46,245 nucleotides of DNA from Candidatus Saccharimonadota bacterium (GTDB lineage: Bacteria > Patescibacteriota > Saccharimonadia > Saccharimonadales > Saccharimonadaceae): assembly GCA_017460045.1 (NCBI GenBank), contig JAFUBU010000056.1:1-46245 (forward strand), read 5' to 3'. Below the pieces are notes generated by a model, which saw only the letters and a program-made list of their open reading frames with translations, did no database searches and was not told the origin of the DNA. A program made the position numbers and the translations under genes. This document shows positions 27,722-36,546 of this stretch, piece by piece (position 1 is the first letter of the stretch; the number at the start of each line of letters is the position of its first letter).

Positions 27722-29839
27722 TTAGACTTTATTGATGACCGGAATCACAATCGGCGTATGGCCGGTCGCGTCGAAGAGAATATGCGTAACGTCTTCCTTG
27801 ATTTCGTCCTTGAGCATCTTCATTTCCGGGTCGACCGCCGCTGACTTGTCGATTTTCATCCGGAGGTAATGGCGGATTTTCCCGATTAGCTCTTCCGAAT
27901 TGTCGAGGTAGATAAACGCTCGCGAGATAATGTCCGGCGTCTTGACGAGCCTTCCGCTCTTCTTGTTAATCGTCAGGACGATAACGAAAATTCCCTCGCG
28001 CGAGATATGAATCCGATCTTTGACAACCGCCTCGTGGACTTGTTGGTCGGCATCGTCGTAGAGCAAATTCCCGGCGTGGACTCGCCCATTTTTGCGAATT
28101 AGTTTATCTTTTGTTAATTCTACAACGTCGCCATCGTCCATCAAGATAATTCGCTCGTGCGGTATCCCAATAACGTTTTCGGCCATCTCGGCGTTGTGTT
28201 GTAACATATAAAACTCGCCGTGGTAAGGGATATAGTTAAGCGGACGAATTCGCTCGACTAGCTCGACGTGGTCTTCGTAGTAAGCATGACCCGAAAGGTG
28301 GAGCGGGCCGATCGAGTTGAGATGGGTCTTGCCGTTTTGGATAACTTGCGACCCCTCGCGCAGCAGCCCGTCGACCGTCGAGACGACGTGGGGCTCGTTC
28401 CCCGGAATCGGGTTGGACGAGAAGACGACCATATCCGTCGGCTTGATCTTAATGTATTTGTGCGCCCCGGTTACCATTCGGTTAAGTACGGCGTTGAGCT
28501 CGCCTTGCGACCCGGTACAAATAATCGTAATCTTGTCGTCCGGAAGTTTGATGATGTCTTCCATCTTCATAATCGTATCTTTCGGGACTTTAATGCATTT
28601 CGCTCGAAGCGCAACTTCGACGTTGTTGATCATCGAAAAACCCGAGAATGCGACTTTCCGCCCACGCTTCGCCGCCTCTTGGAGCGCCAGCTCGATTCTA
28701 GTAATCTGGGACGAGAAGCAAGAGATAATAATCCGCCCCTGGCCGTAGTAATCCATGACCTTACCGAAGTTTTCGCCAATCTCGAATTCCGTATGAGGAT
28801 GTCGCCCCGGGGAGTCGATATTGGTCGACTCGTTAATCATCAAGTCGAACCCTTCATTTTTCGCAATCTCGTCAATCCGCTCGTAGTCGGACTGTTTGCC
28901 CATCGGCTGGCTTTCGTGACGCCAGTCGCCGGAGACGTAAACTACTCCGTTGGGCGTCCGGACGACAATCGCCGTATTCCCCGGGATAGAGTGTAGCATG
29001 TGGATAAACTCGATCGAAAGATGTTCCGAGACCTTGATAATTTCGTGTTTGAACGGGTCGACCGGGCAATAATTCATCTCGGGAATTTCTTCGAGCTCGG
29101 ACATCTGGCGCTTAACCATCCCGAGCGTAAAGTCCGTCCCGTAAATCGGGGTCGTCGGGTTGAAGAAAGGTAAAAGATGTTTACAAGCTCCGATATGGTC
29201 AAGGTGGGCGTGGGTAAAGCAAATCGCTTTGACCTTGTCGCGGTTGTCGGTTAAATATTTAATATCAGGGATTAGATAGTTTACTCCCGGGTAGTCATCT
29301 CCGGCAAATAATACCCCCATATCAATTACAATCATCTCAGATTTGTACTCGATAATCGTCATATTTTTACCAATCCCAAACTCCCCGACTCCGCCCATCG
29401 GAATAATCCGTACCGCCTCCGGGTCGGGCCGCGCTTTCTTAAGCATCGCGTTTGTAACCTGTCGACCGTCGTAGCCATTGTATTTCGACTTGTTGACCGG
29501 GATACCGATAATATGTTGCGTCGCCTGGGCGTTGACGTCTTGGGACAACATCCGTTGGTGGTGAACCATCTCGCCTTTGCGCGTCGAGACCGAAAGATTG
29601 ACCTTGAGCTTGGCCGCCTCTTCGGCCTTCTGGGCCTGCTGCTTTTGCTTCTTAGACTGCGGCTTTGGCTGTTTGGTCTTTTTCTTCTTTCCGACCAACT
29701 TCGCGTCTTTCCCGCCCGGCGCAAAATTGCTATTGAAGTTGCGTTTCTGCGACTCTTCAAAGCGTTTTCTAATATCTGGCAAACGTTCAGCACTCATTTT
29801 TAGTAAACGTTCGCGTCTTTCTTGTTCTTGTTCGTTCAT
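27722..29839 (-). CDS. rnj: Ribonuclease J with Lys/Gln-rich N-terminal extension
   Basis: GGVGEFGIGKNM, THAHLDHIG, HSIP, TGSQGE, PIPGNE, HLSGH and PYHGE; SD AAGGAG. Confidence 0.95.
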   Translation of the reverse strand: MNEQEQERRERLLKMSAERLPDIRKRFEESQKRNFNSNFAPGGKDAKLVGKKKKTKQPKPQSKKQKQQAQKAEEAAKLKVNLSVSTRKGEMVHHQRMLSQDVNAQATQHIIGIPVNKSKYNGYDGRQVTNAMLKKARPDPEAVRIIPMGGVGEFGIGKNMTIIEYKSEMIVIDMGVLFAGDDYPGVNYLIPDIKYLTDNRDKVKAICFTHAHLDHIGACKHLLPFFNPTTPIYGTDFTLGMVKRQMSELEEIPEMNYCPVDPFKHEIIKVSEHLSIEFIHMLHSIPGNTAIVVRTPNGVVYVSGDWRHESQPMGKQSDYERIDEIAKNEGFDLMINESTNIDSPGRHPHTEFEIGENFGKVMDYYGQGRIIISCFSSQITRIELALQEAAKRGRKVAFSGFSMINNVEVALRAKCIKVPKDTIMKMEDIIKLPDDKITIICTGSQGELNAVLNRMVTGAHKYIKIKPTDMVVFSSNPIPGNEPHVVSTVDGLLREGSQVIQNGKTHLNSIGPLHLSGHAYYEDHVELVERIRPLNYIPYHGEFYMLQHNAEMAENVIGIPHERIILMDDGDVVELTKDKLIRKNGRVHAGNLLYDDADQQVHEAVVKDRIHISREGIFVIVLTINKKSGRLVKTPDIISRAFIYLDNSEELIGKIRHYLRMKIDKSAAVDPEMKMLKDEIKEDVTHILFDATGHTPIVIPVINKV

Positions 29840-30000
29840 AAACTCCTTTTCTTAATTTTTGGCCGGCTCGCCACATAAGACCTAGCGCTTCCGGCGTTTC
29901 ATACCCATTGGTACAAGTATAAAAAGTATTTCTATTATATCAAATCGTTTTAGCTTTGTAAAGTCTAGCGAACAAGAAAAATTTATGATATAATTATAGT

Positions 30001-30118
30001 TGTAACCTGAGAGGGGCTCTGGTAACATTCGCGTTACTTGTTTGTTATACACCTCCTTTGATTCAAGTTAACATAGATGGAGCCCTCTCTAACCAGTACC
30101 TTAAAAGGAGATTAAGTA
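30001..30118 (+). promoter_or_regulatory. Structured ~120-nt 5' leader containing an anti-SD sequence
   Basis: TGATATAAT at about 29986-29994; stem 30009-30019/30080-30090; CTCCTTT (30053-30059) is complementary to SD AAAGGAG (30104-30110). Confidence 0.45.
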
Positions 30119-30574
30119 ATGAAAAAGAGAAGATTTATCCCGTTTTTGACAGTTTTGTTGCTCTGTTTATGCGCCTTGACCGTTTCCGCCGAGACGAAAT
30201 GTCCTTGCGGTTGTGGTTGTGCGAACTGTTGCAACAATTATTACCAACTGTGCCAGCCGCATGGCTATTGGACGACGGACGGCTACTTCTACGTCCCGGT
30301 AGAATATTATACTTCGTCCGGGAAACACATCTCATCCGGCTACTATCCGAAAGGAGAATTGCCGGAAGAGGCGTTGGGAGCCTCGGGTTATTACTCGAGT
30401 GCGCCGATGGTTAAGCCGGACAAAGTAGAGACCAAGGAGACTACTACGACCAAGACGACGAATACGACCTTTTCGGTCACTTTCCCGGAAGGCGTAGATT
30501 CGCAAATCGTCTATGTCCCCGGAGTCGGAACAGTCTTAGCCAACCGAAACGGCACTTTCCAAATACTAAAATAA
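30119..30574 (+). CDS. Secreted Cys-rich hypothetical protein
   Basis: Signal peptide MKKRRFIPFLTVLLLCLCALTVSA, then KCPCGCGCANCCNNYYQLC and a Thr-rich linker; SD AAGGAG; hairpin after the stop. Confidence 0.8.
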   Translation: MKKRRFIPFLTVLLLCLCALTVSAETKCPCGCGCANCCNNYYQLCQPHGYWTTDGYFYVPVEYYTSSGKHISSGYYPKGELPEEALGASGYYSSAPMVKPDKVETKETTTTKTTNTTFSVTFPEGVDSQIVYVPGVGTVLANRNGTFQILK

Positions 30575-30605
30575 TCCCCTCATCGGAAGTGCTTAATCCA
30601 AAACC

Positions 30606-30629
30606 GGGGCGCCTCCCTTTAGGCGCCCC
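30606..30629. terminator. Hairpin after the Cys-rich protein gene
   Basis: GGGGCGCCT-cccttt-AGGCGCCCC perfect 9-bp stem; the U-tract is poor on the + strand. Confidence 0.5.
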
Positions 30630-30639
30630 AAACTCTTAT

Positions 30640-30726
<87 letters not shown>

Positions 30727-30776
30727 CTCTGAGGTGGGCCCTTTTCTTAAAAGAAAAGGTCCCAACGCCAAAAGAA

Positions 30777-30819
30777 CTAGCTCTAAAATTAGGTCAGGCA
30801 AAGCCCGACCATAATTTTT
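30777..30819. repeat. Short REP-like hairpin repeat, copy 2
   Basis: CTAGCTCTAAAATTAGGTCAGGC-AAA-GCCCGACCATAATTTT; matches 10056-10096. Confidence 0.7.
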
Positions 30820-30830
30820 GTTTATGAATC

Positions 30831-31508
30831 CTAGTTTTCGGCTTCGCCGGGGTTGGCGATGGCGGAGAAGACGACGTGGTTAGTATAGCTCCCGGCCGGG
30901 AGAGAGTCGGTCAAATTTGCGCCAAAGGTAATGGTCGTTTTTTCGGCCGTACCGGCGCTATAGCAAGAAGCGTAATTCGTCGAGAGGTCGGAGGTACAAA
31001 GGCCAGTCTCAGAGCCATTTTCGGTAATTAGCCCGGCAGTACCAGTAGAGCTTGCGCCAATTGGATACCAGGTAGTTTCATTGCCTCGTCTAAAGCCCCA
31101 TTTATTAGCTTCGAGAGTAGAAGTATTCCCGCCGGTCGCGGCAATCGAGGTCGAAACATTAGCGTTGCTATGGGTCATACTGGTCGTCGAGTCGCTAGTA
31201 TAGGCTCTAAGAGTATAGCCAGTCGTATTGTTGGTCGAGACGTAGACGTTTACGGTCCCGGTAGCGGTCACGCCGCCGGAAGTCGGAGTAATCTCCGTTT
31301 CACCATTATAGGAAAGGGCGAGAGAGGAAGTATCGAGGGCTAATTCAATTACCGGCTCAACCTTGGCAGATAAGCTCGCGGTAGCCGTAGCGGCTTCGGT
31401 AGAAGCGGGAGGGAAAAGACAATTGTAGGCTAAGAAGCCCAGAAAGACTGCCACTAAAGCAACGGGCAGATATTTTATCACCCTAAGTTTTTGTTTTAGT
31501 TTAATCAT
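30831..31508 (-). CDS. Exported Thr/Ser-rich beta-sandwich surface protein (pilin/WxL-like)
   Basis: N-terminal hydrophobic segment, VYVSTNNTTGYTL, NKWGF and terminal strand LPAGSYTNHVVFSAIAN. Confidence 0.7.
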   Translation of the reverse strand: MIKLKQKLRVIKYLPVALVAVFLGFLAYNCLFPPASTEAATATASLSAKVEPVIELALDTSSLALSYNGETEITPTSGGVTATGTVNVYVSTNNTTGYTLRAYTSDSTTSMTHSNANVSTSIAATGGNTSTLEANKWGFRRGNETTWYPIGASSTGTAGLITENGSETGLCTSDLSTNYASCYSAGTAEKTTITFGANLTDSLPAGSYTNHVVFSAIANPGEAEN

Positions 31509-31585
31509 CTTAAAAATGTCCTTTAATAATATGACCTTCGATATGTCTCTATTATAGTACTTATGTTTATAAAAAGCAAGAGTTT

Positions 31586-33262
31586 TTAGACATTTTTGAA
31601 AAGAATTTTTTTCAATTTGGCTAAAATCGGCTTGGCCTCGGGAAGATTTAGGAAAGAACAGGAGACGACATAGGCGATAAACGAGACGAGCGAAATAAGT
31701 ACGAACTTCGGGACGGTAATAAAGACGGAGTCGTCGGTCGAGCGAAGCGGGAAGAACTTGACGAAGCTATAAGCGACGCAACCAGTAATTGTCGCCGCGA
31801 AGAGCATTTTGGCGAAGGCGACCCAGAACTCGCGGTTGAAGAGCTGATGGCTGGACTTAAAATGGAGCAAGCCGAGGAGAATAATAATTTCGAGTACGGC
31901 GCCGATAGACTGGGCCCAGCCGAGACCGTCCGGGCCAAAGCCCCAAATCGAAAAGAGGACGGCGAGGACGGTCGAGAGGCCGACCGCAATAATCGAAACG
32001 ATAAAGGGAGTCCTAGTATCCTGGCGAGCGTAGAAGCCGCGCGAGGCGATATGGAAAACCGAGCGAGCAAAAATCGCGAGGATAAGCGTCCCGAGGACGC
32101 TCGCAATAAGCGGGTCGCCGCCGTTTGTAATAAACGAAACGACGTAGCCGCGCGCGAAATAGGCGATCGTCGCGACGGGGAGCGAAATCCAGATAATCAT
32201 CCGTAGAGCGCGACGAAAGGTCGCGTAAAACTTCGACTCTTCCCCCTTGACGATTTCCTCGGTCAGCTGGGGAAAATAGGCGGTCGAGAGAGCGACGCCG
32301 ATTAAGTTAACCGGCATTTGGTGGAGCGAGGAGGCCTGTTGGTAGCTCCGGAGCGCACCCGCGCCCATCCGCGAGGAGAGGTTGGTATTGACGATACCGT
32401 TAACGTAGTCGATTCCCTGGTCGAGCGAGCGGGCGGGAAGAAGCTTTAAGACGCTCTTGAAACCATGGTTTTTCCAGTAGATTTTGAAGCGGTAGTCGAA
32501 GCCGAGGCCAATCAAGCCGACGAGCGAAATAATAACTTGGAGGACGGCGCCAAAGACGACGCCGAGCGCGACACCCATAATACCGCCGCCGAAAAGCTGG
32601 ACACCGAAGATATTGATACCGCCGGTAAACCAGGTAATACCAATCAAAATCCCGATATTGTAGACCGCCGGGGCGAGCGCGTAAAAGACGAAGCGCCCGA
32701 CCGCCTGTTGAATCGAGGCGAGGACGGTCGCGATAGACATCAAGAACGGGTTAATCGCGATAACGCGCATCATGTTAATCGCGAGAATCGTCCCCGGCTC
32801 GTCGAGACCCGGGCCGACAACATAGCGGACGAGCGGTTCGGCAAAAACCATCATCAAGATACTGGCGACAAAAGTAATCAGAGCGAAAAGGTTAATTAGG
32901 CTACTCGAAAGCTCCCAGGCGGATTTTTTGTTGCCCTTGACGAGGCGCTCGTTGAAAACCGGGATAAACGAGACCGCGAGCGCGCCGGAGGTTAAAATAA
33001 AGAACATAAAGTCGGGGATAGTAAACGCGGCGGTATAGGCGTCGATACCGGTCGGGTAGGTATCAAGATAGTAAGAGTTTAAGAGGCGGTCGCGGAAGAT
33101 ACCGAGGAGGGCGGAAACGAGCGTCGAAGAACTTAAAATTACCGCCGCGACTTTTATCGAGAGGCGAGAATTCGCAATCGCGACGACCGACTTAAACTTC
33201 GAGCTTCTGCGCTTTTTGGGCGCGTTCTTTGGGAGCTCCTGATCAACGACTTGACTATTCAT
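31586..33262 (-). CDS. murJ: Lipid II flippase MurJ (MviN)
   Basis: LGIFRDRLL, DAYTAAFTIPD, GALAVSFIPVF and RGFYARQDTRTP; many TM helices. Confidence 0.93.
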   Translation of the reverse strand: MNSQVVDQELPKNAPKKRRSSKFKSVVAIANSRLSIKVAAVILSSSTLVSALLGIFRDRLLNSYYLDTYPTGIDAYTAAFTIPDFMFFILTSGALAVSFIPVFNERLVKGNKKSAWELSSSLINLFALITFVASILMMVFAEPLVRYVVGPGLDEPGTILAINMMRVIAINPFLMSIATVLASIQQAVGRFVFYALAPAVYNIGILIGITWFTGGINIFGVQLFGGGIMGVALGVVFGAVLQVIISLVGLIGLGFDYRFKIYWKNHGFKSVLKLLPARSLDQGIDYVNGIVNTNLSSRMGAGALRSYQQASSLHQMPVNLIGVALSTAYFPQLTEEIVKGEESKFYATFRRALRMIIWISLPVATIAYFARGYVVSFITNGGDPLIASVLGTLILAIFARSVFHIASRGFYARQDTRTPFIVSIIAVGLSTVLAVLFSIWGFGPDGLGWAQSIGAVLEIIILLGLLHFKSSHQLFNREFWVAFAKMLFAATITGCVAYSFVKFFPLRSTDDSVFITVPKFVLISLVSFIAYVVSCSFLNLPEAKPILAKLKKILFKNV

Positions 33263-33299
33263 CTCATATTATTATAGCACAATGTGTTATAATTGTTCT

Positions 33300-33935
33300 A
33301 TGGTTGGGCGTAAAAAAACACGTGCAGAAATTATCATCCGGACCTCTTGTATCGCTATTTTTATAAATCTAATTTTAGTCGGGATAAAGATTTTTATCGG
33401 ACTAGTTTCAAGCTCGATTGCGGTAGTACTCGACGGGCTGAACAACTTGACCGACTCAATTTCCCTAGTCGTAACCATCATCGGCGCGAAACTGTCGCGA
33501 AAATATGAACGTGTTGAATATTTTACAACAATCGTGATTGCGGCGATGGTCTTGATAGCAGGGACTTTGGCGGGACATGAGGCATTCGAAAAAATCCTAC
33601 GGCCGGAGCATACCGAGTTCTCGGTTGCTGCGCTGGTTGCGATTGGGTTAGCGGTAGTCGCAAAGCTCTTACTAGGTCGCTACGTCGGACGCGTAGGAGA
33701 GAAGGTCGACTCTAGTAGTCTAAAGGCTATTAGCAAAGATTCCCTACTAGACGTAATCCTATCCTTCGGGACGCTAGTCGGGGCGGGGCTAAGCTATTAT
33801 TTTGGAATAGAGATCGGGGGATTTATCGGTCTTTTGATTTCGATTTTTATCGTCGCCATGGGCATCAATATCATGATAGAGGCAATCCGGCTCTTCGTCA
33901 AAGCGCCATCTAGGAAAAAACGACGCAAACGCTAG
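33300..33935 (+). CDS. Cation diffusion facilitator family transporter (TM domain only)
   Basis: SSSIAVVLDGLNNLTD signature, ERVEY and SLKAISKDSLLD. Start set to ATG 33300, 6 nt after TGTTATAAT. Confidence 0.85.
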   Translation: MVGRKKTRAEIIIRTSCIAIFINLILVGIKIFIGLVSSSIAVVLDGLNNLTDSISLVVTIIGAKLSRKYERVEYFTTIVIAAMVLIAGTLAGHEAFEKILRPEHTEFSVAALVAIGLAVVAKLLLGRYVGRVGEKVDSSSLKAISKDSLLDVILSFGTLVGAGLSYYFGIEIGGFIGLLISIFIVAMGINIMIEAIRLFVKAPSRKKRRKR

Positions 33936-33940
33936 CGCGA

Positions 33941-34165
33941 CTATTTGCGGTTAAAGAGGACGAGGCCAAGCGGAAGGGCCATCAAGACCAAAATAGAAAT
34001 ACCGCGAGTCAACGAGGCGGCGTCGGGGCTGATGAAAATCAGGGTGTAAGCGTGGAAAGAAAGCAGGATAAAAACCGGGACGGCGACGATAACGAAGCCG
34101 AGCGAAAGTAGCGTCAAAACGCGATTTGGCTGTTTAACCCTCTTTAATGCCTTCTTTGTACTCAT
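33941..34165 (-). CDS. Small two-TM membrane protein
   Basis: 74 aa with two hydrophobic helices; TGGTATAAT 6 nt upstream. Confidence 0.7.
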   Translation of the reverse strand: MSTKKALKRVKQPNRVLTLLSLGFVIVAVPVFILLSFHAYTLIFISPDAASLTRGISILVLMALPLGLVLFNRK

Positions 34166-34238
34166 GCTCGCATTATACCATAGATTTGATATTTTTTCAA
34201 TAGTATTTTATAGCATAAGCTCGTTGAGCGGATGTTAG

Positions 34239-35792
34239 CTAATAGTCGACGCTAGCAAGAGACTGGGCCCAGAGGAGAAGCTCCTCGACGAGGCTCGGAT
34301 CGACGTCGGGGCGGTTCGAGAGAGCTTGTAGCTCCTTCTCGAAAGAGACCGACTGCCGATTTAGTCGAGCGAGACGGTATTTTTCCCAATCTTTTTGCTC
34401 TTCTTCGGAGAGAGTATCGGGGAAATTCTTAGCCTTATAGTGGAGGAGGAGCGGTTCGAGGCGGGGATCGGTAAACTCGGGGTGGAGATCGGCGAGCTGG
34501 TTTTTAGTCGCCGCGCGGACGAGACCGCAAAGGTCGCGATCCTGATCGCCCAGGAAGCCGTCGTAGAGGGCGGACTCGGGGTCGGGCGCCTCCGGGAACT
34601 CCGGCTTGGCCTCGTCAATAGCGCGCGCCATTTCGGCGAACTCGGGATGTTTCAAAAGCGCCTTGAGGTTTTTCTCGACCGTATCTTTGTCGAGGCCGAT
34701 CCTCCGCCAGCCATCGTTTTTCTCCAAAACGCCGAGCGGCGCAACCGCCGGACAACGGTTGTAGCGAAGTTCTTTGAGCTTGGGATACAGGTGGAATGTT
34801 GCTGAAGGGTCTTGCGAACGGGAGATTTCTCGCCCTTCAAAATCACAACACTCGGTCGGACCTTCGCCCAAATTCCGCTTCGCTACAGTTCGGGACTCAG
34901 GCCCGCGAGTGTTAGTGATTTCTCGGGGAGAAATCTCTTTATTGTTCGCAAGGCCCTTCAGCCAACATTCCTCCGGGTCATATCTCAAATCCCACACCAA
35001 AATGTTGCCGGTCTTGCTCGGGGCGATAGGAAAAGCGACGGTAGTCTTGTCGAACTCGCTCGAGTAGCGGCCCGAGGCGTAGACAAAGGGCTTTGGCCGG
35101 TCGAGGTTGATGAGGCGCTGGACGAGCTTTTTGTCGCGTAGCTTAAAGAGGTAGTTATAGAGGTCGGGTTGGTGGGTCTTGATGAGCCTCGTAACTTCGA
35201 TGAGCGCGACGACGTCGGCGAGGGCGTCGTGGGCGTGTTCATGCTCGATACCGTTTAGCTTCGTAATCAACTCGAGGCGATTGGTCTTGACCTCGACCAC
35301 GATTTTTTCGCCGTCTTTCTCGATTTCCTTTTCCTGGGTCGGCCAGTTAATCCCCTCCGGCCTCAAGGCCCTTGTCAAACGGACAACGTCGAGCAAGTCC
35401 CAGCGGCTACGGCCGTCCTTCCATTGCCACTCGTAGGGGTCGTAAAAATTGCGCCAGAAGAGATGTCTCATAAATTCATCGTCGAAGCGGACGGAGTTGT
35501 AGCCAAGGGCGCAAGTCCCCGGCGTAAAAATCTCGTCGGTCACATAGCGGCAGAACTCGGCTTCAGAAAGGCCGTCTTGTCTAGTCTGTTGGGGGGTAAT
35601 TTTCGTTACGGCGATAGCGCCAGGAGAAGGCAAAGTATCGTCGGCTAGCTCGACCAGCAGATTAACCGGCTCGCCGAGCGGGTTTAACTCGAGGTCGGTA
35701 CGTTGTCCGGCGAATTGCATAATCCGATCTTCGCGCGGGGAAAGGCCCGAAGTTTCGAGGTCGTAGAAGAAAAAACTATGGGGATCGTTCAT
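34239..35792 (-). CDS. sbcB: Exodeoxyribonuclease I carrying an in-frame palindromic insert
   Basis: DEDDh motifs FYDLETSG, GYNSVRFDDE and HAHDALADV, plus SRWDLLD, LRPEGINWP, YNRCP and LYDGF. Confidence 0.93.
   Translation of the reverse strand: MNDPHSFFFYDLETSGLSPREDRIMQFAGQRTDLELNPLGEPVNLLVELADDTLPSPGAIAVTKITPQQTRQDGLSEAEFCRYVTDEIFTPGTCALGYNSVRFDDEFMRHLFWRNFYDPYEWQWKDGRSRWDLLDVVRLTRALRPEGINWPTQEKEIEKDGEKIVVEVKTNRLELITKLNGIEHEHAHDALADVVALIEVTRLIKTHQPDLYNYLFKLRDKKLVQRLINLDRPKPFVYASGRYSSEFDKTTVAFPIAPSKTGNILVWDLRYDPEECWLKGLANNKEISPREITNTRGPESRTVAKRNLGEGPTECCDFEGREISRSQDPSATFHLYPKLKELRYNRCPAVAPLGVLEKNDGWRRIGLDKDTVEKNLKALLKHPEFAEMARAIDEAKPEFPEAPDPESALYDGFLGDQDRDLCGLVRAATKNQLADLHPEFTDPRLEPLLLHYKAKNFPDTLSEEEQKDWEKYRLARLNRQSVSFEKELQALSNRPDVDPSLVEELLLWAQSLASVDY
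34793..34971. repeat. Palindromic element inside the sbcB coding sequence
   Basis: Imperfect terminal IR 34793-34819/34944-34971; core 34815-34947 is homologous to intergenic 25266-25398; reading frame preserved. Confidence 0.9.
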
Positions 35793-35830
35793 ATAATTAT
35801 TATACCATCATCTTGTACCGCAACCAAGAA

Positions 35831-35985
35831 AAGAGGAGTATCTTTATTTGCGAGTCTGGTTTCACTCACGTCCGATTCTCAATCGATTTTTCGGGCAAGG
35901 CACCCTCATCTGAGAGGGCCCGCCTTGCGAAAAATCTCTTCGAATCGGGTTCGTTCAAGGCCTCGCAAATAAAGATACTCCTCTT
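35831..35985. repeat. Long rod-like palindromic element upstream of the sbcB promoter
   Basis: Perfect 24-bp terminal IR AAGAGGAGTATCTTTATTTGCGAG (35831-35854/35962-35985); nested stems CCGATTC/GAATCGG, GATTTTTCG/CGAAAAATC, GCAAGGC/GCCTTGC and CCCTC/GAGGG. Confidence 0.9.
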
Positions 35986-36006
35986 CTTTAGCGACCTGAT
36001 AAGCTT

Positions 36007-36031
36007 AAACCCCCGCGCCGAAGCGCGAGGG
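36007..36031 (-). terminator. Probable intrinsic terminator
   Basis: Minus strand CCCTCGCGC-TTCG-GCGCGGGGG-TTT just after the stop at 36036. Confidence 0.6.
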
Positions 36032-36035
36032 TAAT

Positions 36036-36422
36036 TTAATTTATTTTTTTGGGTCCATGTCCATGCTTGATATGCCAATTTAAGATAAAGGCAAACCATT
36101 TATGAAACATGGTTGCGACGGAGTATAAAATTACTCCGTATGCAATGGCGAAGTAAATGGTTAAAAACCATTTCCAGCCGGCAGTATCAAACCGGATGCC
36201 CGGCTCGATGATGTTGATGTACTCTAAGTTCCAAAGCGCCGCAAGCAAGGCGGCGGCTACGAGTGCGCCAACTACGGCTGCGCCGATAATAATCGGCCTG
36301 CCTTCGCCGTCCTGCAGTTTTTTGTTTTTTTCGTCATACGTAAAATTCGTAATGGCGAAATATAAAACTAAGACTGCGGGTACTAAGAGCGCAATTGCGC
36401 TCAGAATTTTTATTGTCATCAT
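36036..36422 (-). CDS. Hypothetical three-TM membrane protein
   Basis: Hydrophobic ORF. SD AGGAGG precedes MMTIKIL at 36422, which is preferred over 36476. Confidence 0.7.
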   Translation of the reverse strand: MMTIKILSAIALLVPAVLVLYFAITNFTYDEKNKKLQDGEGRPIIIGAAVVGALVAAALLAALWNLEYINIIEPGIRFDTAGWKWFLTIYFAIAYGVILYSVATMFHKWFAFILNWHIKHGHGPKKIN

Positions 36423-36546
36423 ATCTTCTCCCCTCCTATGATGGTGCGTGTCCTCCGGAAGTCCTATTACCTCCATTGAACATTACCTATATTATACCAC
36501 ACCTTTGCGAAAAAAGCAATAGTTTTTTGGCAATAACAGGGGTAGG

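Noticed and set aside
34793-34971. Intein or group I/II intron in sbcB (and likewise in pheT)
   Set aside because: Too short, with no intein terminal residues (C/S...HN) and no group I/II core motifs; the structure is a simple nested hairpin.
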